A stretch of 62,007 nt of DNA, the filler included, from Candidatus Nezhaarchaeota archaeon WYZ-LMO8 (lineage in GTDB: Archaea > Thermoproteota > Methanomethylicia > Nezhaarchaeales > WYZ-LMO8), in assembly GCA_004347965.1 (NCBI GenBank). It is 4 parts of 4 records of this genome, joined end to end, with 100 filler letters (N's around TTAATTAATTAA, not from the genome) between each part and the next. Parts side by side here need not be neighbours in the genome. Positions count along the whole stretch, not along the records: positions 46,947 to 62,007 come from QNVF01000032.1; 3 more parts are not named here. One strand, 5' to 3'. The first letter of the stretch is position 1, and every line of letters begins with the position of its first letter. The position numbers and the translations under genes are program-made. Below the pieces are notes generated by a model, which saw nothing but the letters and a program-made list of their open reading frames with translations, had not been told where the DNA came from and ran no database searches. Below, piece by piece: positions 58,985-62,007 of the stretch.

Positions 58985-59784
58985 AGGTTCATATGAGGAT
59001 ATATCTATCGTCTTTAGCTGGCATCTCTAAACCATTAAAGAGCTTTGTGGTAAAAGCCCTCAATTTAGGCTTTAACAACATAGAGATTCTCGATGAATGG
59101 GGTCATAGACTTGATGGAAAGAAAGTACAAGAACTTATGGAGTTAAAGAGGAGCTACTCCTTGAATTACGTGGTTCATGCTCCATACGACGGTATAAATA
59201 TATCAACACCTCAACGCGTCTTAAGGAAAGCATCGCTGAAGCTCATAGAAAAGTCGATGAAGTATGCTCACGACCTAGAAGCAAAATTGATTGTAGTACA
59301 CTCTGGCTTCAAGTCTCCACTTGACTATCTTAAACCTAAAACAAGCTGGAACTTGTTCTTAGAAGTACTTAAACAATTAAACAAACTTGCAAGTGATTTA
59401 GACGTCTACGTAGGAATTGAAAACATGCCTTCAGGAACCGTTGCAATAATTCAATCATGTGAGGAAACTTTGACACTGATTGAAGAAGTGCAGGTATTAG
59501 ATAGAATAGGGATTACCCTCGATGTAGGTCATTCGAATACCATCAGTATTCATGAAGCTCGAAACTACCTTCTAAGAGTTAGCAAGCACTTGTTACATAT
59601 ACACTTGCATGACAATAGCGGTGATGTGGATAGCCACTTAGCAGTAGGTTCTGGATCAATAAACTGGGCTTCCATCATGCCTTTAATAAAAGGGTTAAAG
59701 CTCATTGGTGGGTTAACCATAGAAGTGATGAGGTTTAAGGACGCTAAGAAAAGCTTTGACGTCATCACTAGAATGCTACGTTAA
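58981..59784 (+). CDS. Xylose isomerase-like/AP endonuclease 2 TIM-barrel protein
   Basis: HAP, VHSG, IENMP, LDVGH, HIHLHDN..D.H. Confidence 0.85.
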   Translation: MKVHMRIYLSSLAGISKPLKSFVVKALNLGFNNIEILDEWGHRLDGKKVQELMELKRSYSLNYVVHAPYDGINISTPQRVLRKASLKLIEKSMKYAHDLEAKLIVVHSGFKSPLDYLKPKTSWNLFLEVLKQLNKLASDLDVYVGIENMPSGTVAIIQSCEETLTLIEEVQVLDRIGITLDVGHSNTISIHEARNYLLRVSKHLLHIHLHDNSGDVDSHLAVGSGSINWASIMPLIKGLKLIGGLTIEVMRFKDAKKSFDVITRMLR

Positions 59785-60698
59785 TCCGACCATGCCAACT
59801 CTATGTTCATGAGGTCCTCAGCAATTATGGTGTTATCAAATATTTTCTTAGCTTGAGTTAGCAGTATTGTAGGGTCCTCATACCTAGGGCTTATATGTGT
59901 TAGCACGAGTTTCTTCACTCCTGCTTCTCGTGCGATGGTAGCAGCTTGACTAGCTGTAGTGTGAAGCTCATTAACGGCCATTTCTTGAAGTGTATCATCG
60001 AATGTGGCTTCGTGAATTAAGAGGTCTGCATCTCTAGATATTTCAATCATTTCTTGCATGAGAGCTGTATCTCCACTATAAACTATCTTGAGGCCCCTAC
60101 GAGGAGGACCCATCACGTCTTCAGGTTTTACCTCACGTCCATCGATTTTCACTGGTTTACCTTCTTGAAGGGCTTTCCATAAAGGGCCTTTAGGAACCCC
60201 AAGTTTTTCTGCTTTTCTTGGATCGAATTTTCCTGGCCTTAAATCTTCTACTAAGGCGTAACCATACGATTCTTCCATATGCTTTACTTTAAAGGCAACT
60301 ATCTTGAATCCCCTTCCCCGATACACCACACCATCAGAGACCTTATGAATTATGATGTCGAAGGAGGGAGTGAAGTTGAAAAGTTCCTTCACAAGCTCAA
60401 TAAATGAAGAAAGTTTTGAGGGACCATAGACTTCGAGAGGGTCTTGCCTACCCGTTAATGATAATGACATTAAGATTCCAGCTAAACCAAGTACGTGATC
60501 TGCATGCATATGAGATATGAAGATTCTTAAGTTCTTTCTTAGCCCCACTCCAGCTATTAACATCTGCCGTTGAACACCCTCACCACAGTCAAATATTAAT
60601 TGCTCTCCATTTCTAAGAATCATGATTGATGGAAGAGCTCTATTCTTTGTAGGTATACTAGCTGAGGTGCCTAGGAAGATTACTCGGATCAAGATCAT
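59781..60698 (-). CDS. rnz: Ribonuclease Z
   Basis: FDCGEG, SHMHADH, GVPKGP, YSGDT, HEATF, THISPRY. Confidence 0.95.
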   Translation of the reverse strand: MILIRVIFLGTSASIPTKNRALPSIMILRNGEQLIFDCGEGVQRQMLIAGVGLRKNLRIFISHMHADHVLGLAGILMSLSLTGRQDPLEVYGPSKLSSFIELVKELFNFTPSFDIIIHKVSDGVVYRGRGFKIVAFKVKHMEESYGYALVEDLRPGKFDPRKAEKLGVPKGPLWKALQEGKPVKIDGREVKPEDVMGPPRRGLKIVYSGDTALMQEMIEISRDADLLIHEATFDDTLQEMAVNELHTTASQAATIAREAGVKKLVLTHISPRYEDPTILLTQAKKIFDNTIIAEDLMNIELAWSD

Positions 60699-61723
60699 AC
60701 CCTCCTTAAGATCGTAATCTTTCTAGTTAAAGATTTATGTACCCTCACCTCATGCTGCTCCACTAATACCATGCCGCTTGGGATCTTCAAGTCTATGTGC
60801 CAAGACGGATGTGCAAAACAAAGATACCTACCTCTCTTAAGAAGCTCTTCAGCTTGATTTAAGAAGTCATTTAGTAAATCTCCTAGTAAGGCCTTTTTTA
60901 AGGATGTTGACCTACCATAAGGGGGGTCCGTTGCTATGCTGTCAACTGACCCTACCGCTATTGGTAGTTTTCGTGCATCACCCCTAATTACACCTAGAGG
61001 GTTACAATTGAAGACCTTCATGTTATTCAACGCTCCATGGCACATCCTGTCATCAATATCAAGACCTATTACTTGGCAGCCAATCATGCTGGCTTCTATA
61101 GAGAGACCTCCAGTACCATTAAAAGGATCAAGAAATATCGATCCTTTTCTAGACCTAGCCAAGTTCACAAAAACTCTGCTCATCCTAGGCTCAAGGCTTC
61201 CTGGATGGAAGAAAGGGCGGTAACGTGGTCTTCTAAGGTCGTAGAGACCTCTGTTTACCTCGAATGCTTTTACACCAAAGTAGAAATACCTGGACACTAA
61301 TCCCCTAAAGGTTACGTCAGGTCTTCTTAAATTGACCTTAACGTTCTTTGCGAGCCTAAGAATTATAGCTCCAAGTCTCTTTTCAAGCTCCATAGGCTTA
61401 ACGTCTTCGCATGAAGTTTTCTTAGACACCCTTACAGCTATAGACTTATTTTCAAGAAAACTCAAGTCCAAGTCCTTTAATAATTTCTCGATAGCATTTA
61501 CATCCACTTCACACTTAAATAAGAGAACCATACCCTCAAGAGTCATAGCAAGCCTTTTTTCCAGTGTCCTACATACTTCAAGGTTGTTGAGCTCGATGAC
61601 CATTATTGGTGGGTTAAGTTCAGAGACATTAAAACTACATTCCTCAGCCTCTAGAGTAGCCTTCACCTCTGCTGCTGGTAGGGTTTGATGTTCTCCTGAG
61701 AGAATTAGCAGAAGCTTGTACAC
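60695..61723 (-). CDS. THUMP-domain tRNA m2G10 methyltransferase (Trm11/TrmG10)
   Basis: LSGEH, RPFFHPG, LDPFNGTGG, TDPPYGRS. Confidence 0.88.
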   Translation of the reverse strand: MYKLLLILSGEHQTLPAAEVKATLEAEECSFNVSELNPPIMVIELNNLEVCRTLEKRLAMTLEGMVLLFKCEVDVNAIEKLLKDLDLSFLENKSIAVRVSKKTSCEDVKPMELEKRLGAIILRLAKNVKVNLRRPDVTFRGLVSRYFYFGVKAFEVNRGLYDLRRPRYRPFFHPGSLEPRMSRVFVNLARSRKGSIFLDPFNGTGGLSIEASMIGCQVIGLDIDDRMCHGALNNMKVFNCNPLGVIRGDARKLPIAVGSVDSIATDPPYGRSTSLKKALLGDLLNDFLNQAEELLKRGRYLCFAHPSWHIDLKIPSGMVLVEQHEVRVHKSLTRKITILRRV

Positions 61724-61831
61724 GTGAAACTGATGAAGTCGAGAGCTATTAAGTTTATGAAGAGCTTGAGAAGATTTAAATCGTTCTTTAAGGCTTCCCT
61801 AAACTTGCAAGGAATCTATTACGTAAAGGTG

Positions 61832-62007
61832 ATGATTACGGTTAAGTGTCCTGAATGCGGTGAAGACTTTGTTTATGATAGACGTGAACAACGATATATC
61901 TGTAGAAGCTGCGGCTTAACCATGACCAGGGAGGAGTATACCTCCAACACTAAGAGGGGGGCCACGAAGAAGGATGAGAAGGATTCTCTAAGAAGAGAAT
62001 ACCTTAA
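61832..62007 (+). CDS. Small Zn-ribbon protein, truncated by window end
   Basis: MITVKCPECG...YICRSCGL...REYL; GGTG before ATG; not in ORF track. Confidence 0.7.
   Translation, partial: MITVKCPECGEDFVYDRREQRYICRSCGLTMTREEYTSNTKRGATKKDEKDSLRREYL

Noticed and set aside
1..62007. CRISPR array, rRNA, SRP RNA, intact transposase or provirus
   Set aside because: No repeat-spacer periodicity or recognisable sequences found by eye

Overview
Archaeal (TACK-like, probably thermophilic and anaerobic; lineage not resolvable here) draft sequence in four pieces, joined by artificial 100-nt N44-TTAATTAATTAA-N44 spacers at 16078-16177, 31599-31698 and 46847-46946. Piece 1 is core: rps15, RecJ/Cdc45-like DHH protein, pcc1-like, rps3ae, the proteasome/exosome superoperon, aspS, alba, rpl40e and tRNA-Val(CAC), followed by an unannotated frameshifted integrase remnant. 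Piece 2 is accessory-like: ABC exporter, GT2, VapBC, radical SAMs, a SpeD-like proenzyme with an atypical cleavage motif, TIP49/RuvBL followed by a tiny Lys/Arg-rich protein, WrbA, ADP-ribosylglycohydrolase and PAP2. Piece 3: KaiC-like ATPase, NikR with a metal ABC importer, a divergent PAN-like AAA ATPase, a DUF4430 plus two radical SAM operon, a second PP-loop/FeS PAPS-reductase-like gene, a GC-rich structured RNA candidate before moeA-cooC, and a TrmB-nucleotidyltransferase fusion. Piece 4: rfcLS, gins-mcm-hel308, intron-containing tRNA-Pro(GGG) and tRNA maturation genes (ArkI-like kinase, cca, thpR, rnz, trm11). No CRISPR array, rRNA or intact mobile element seen. All calls are from motif recognition, without database searches.
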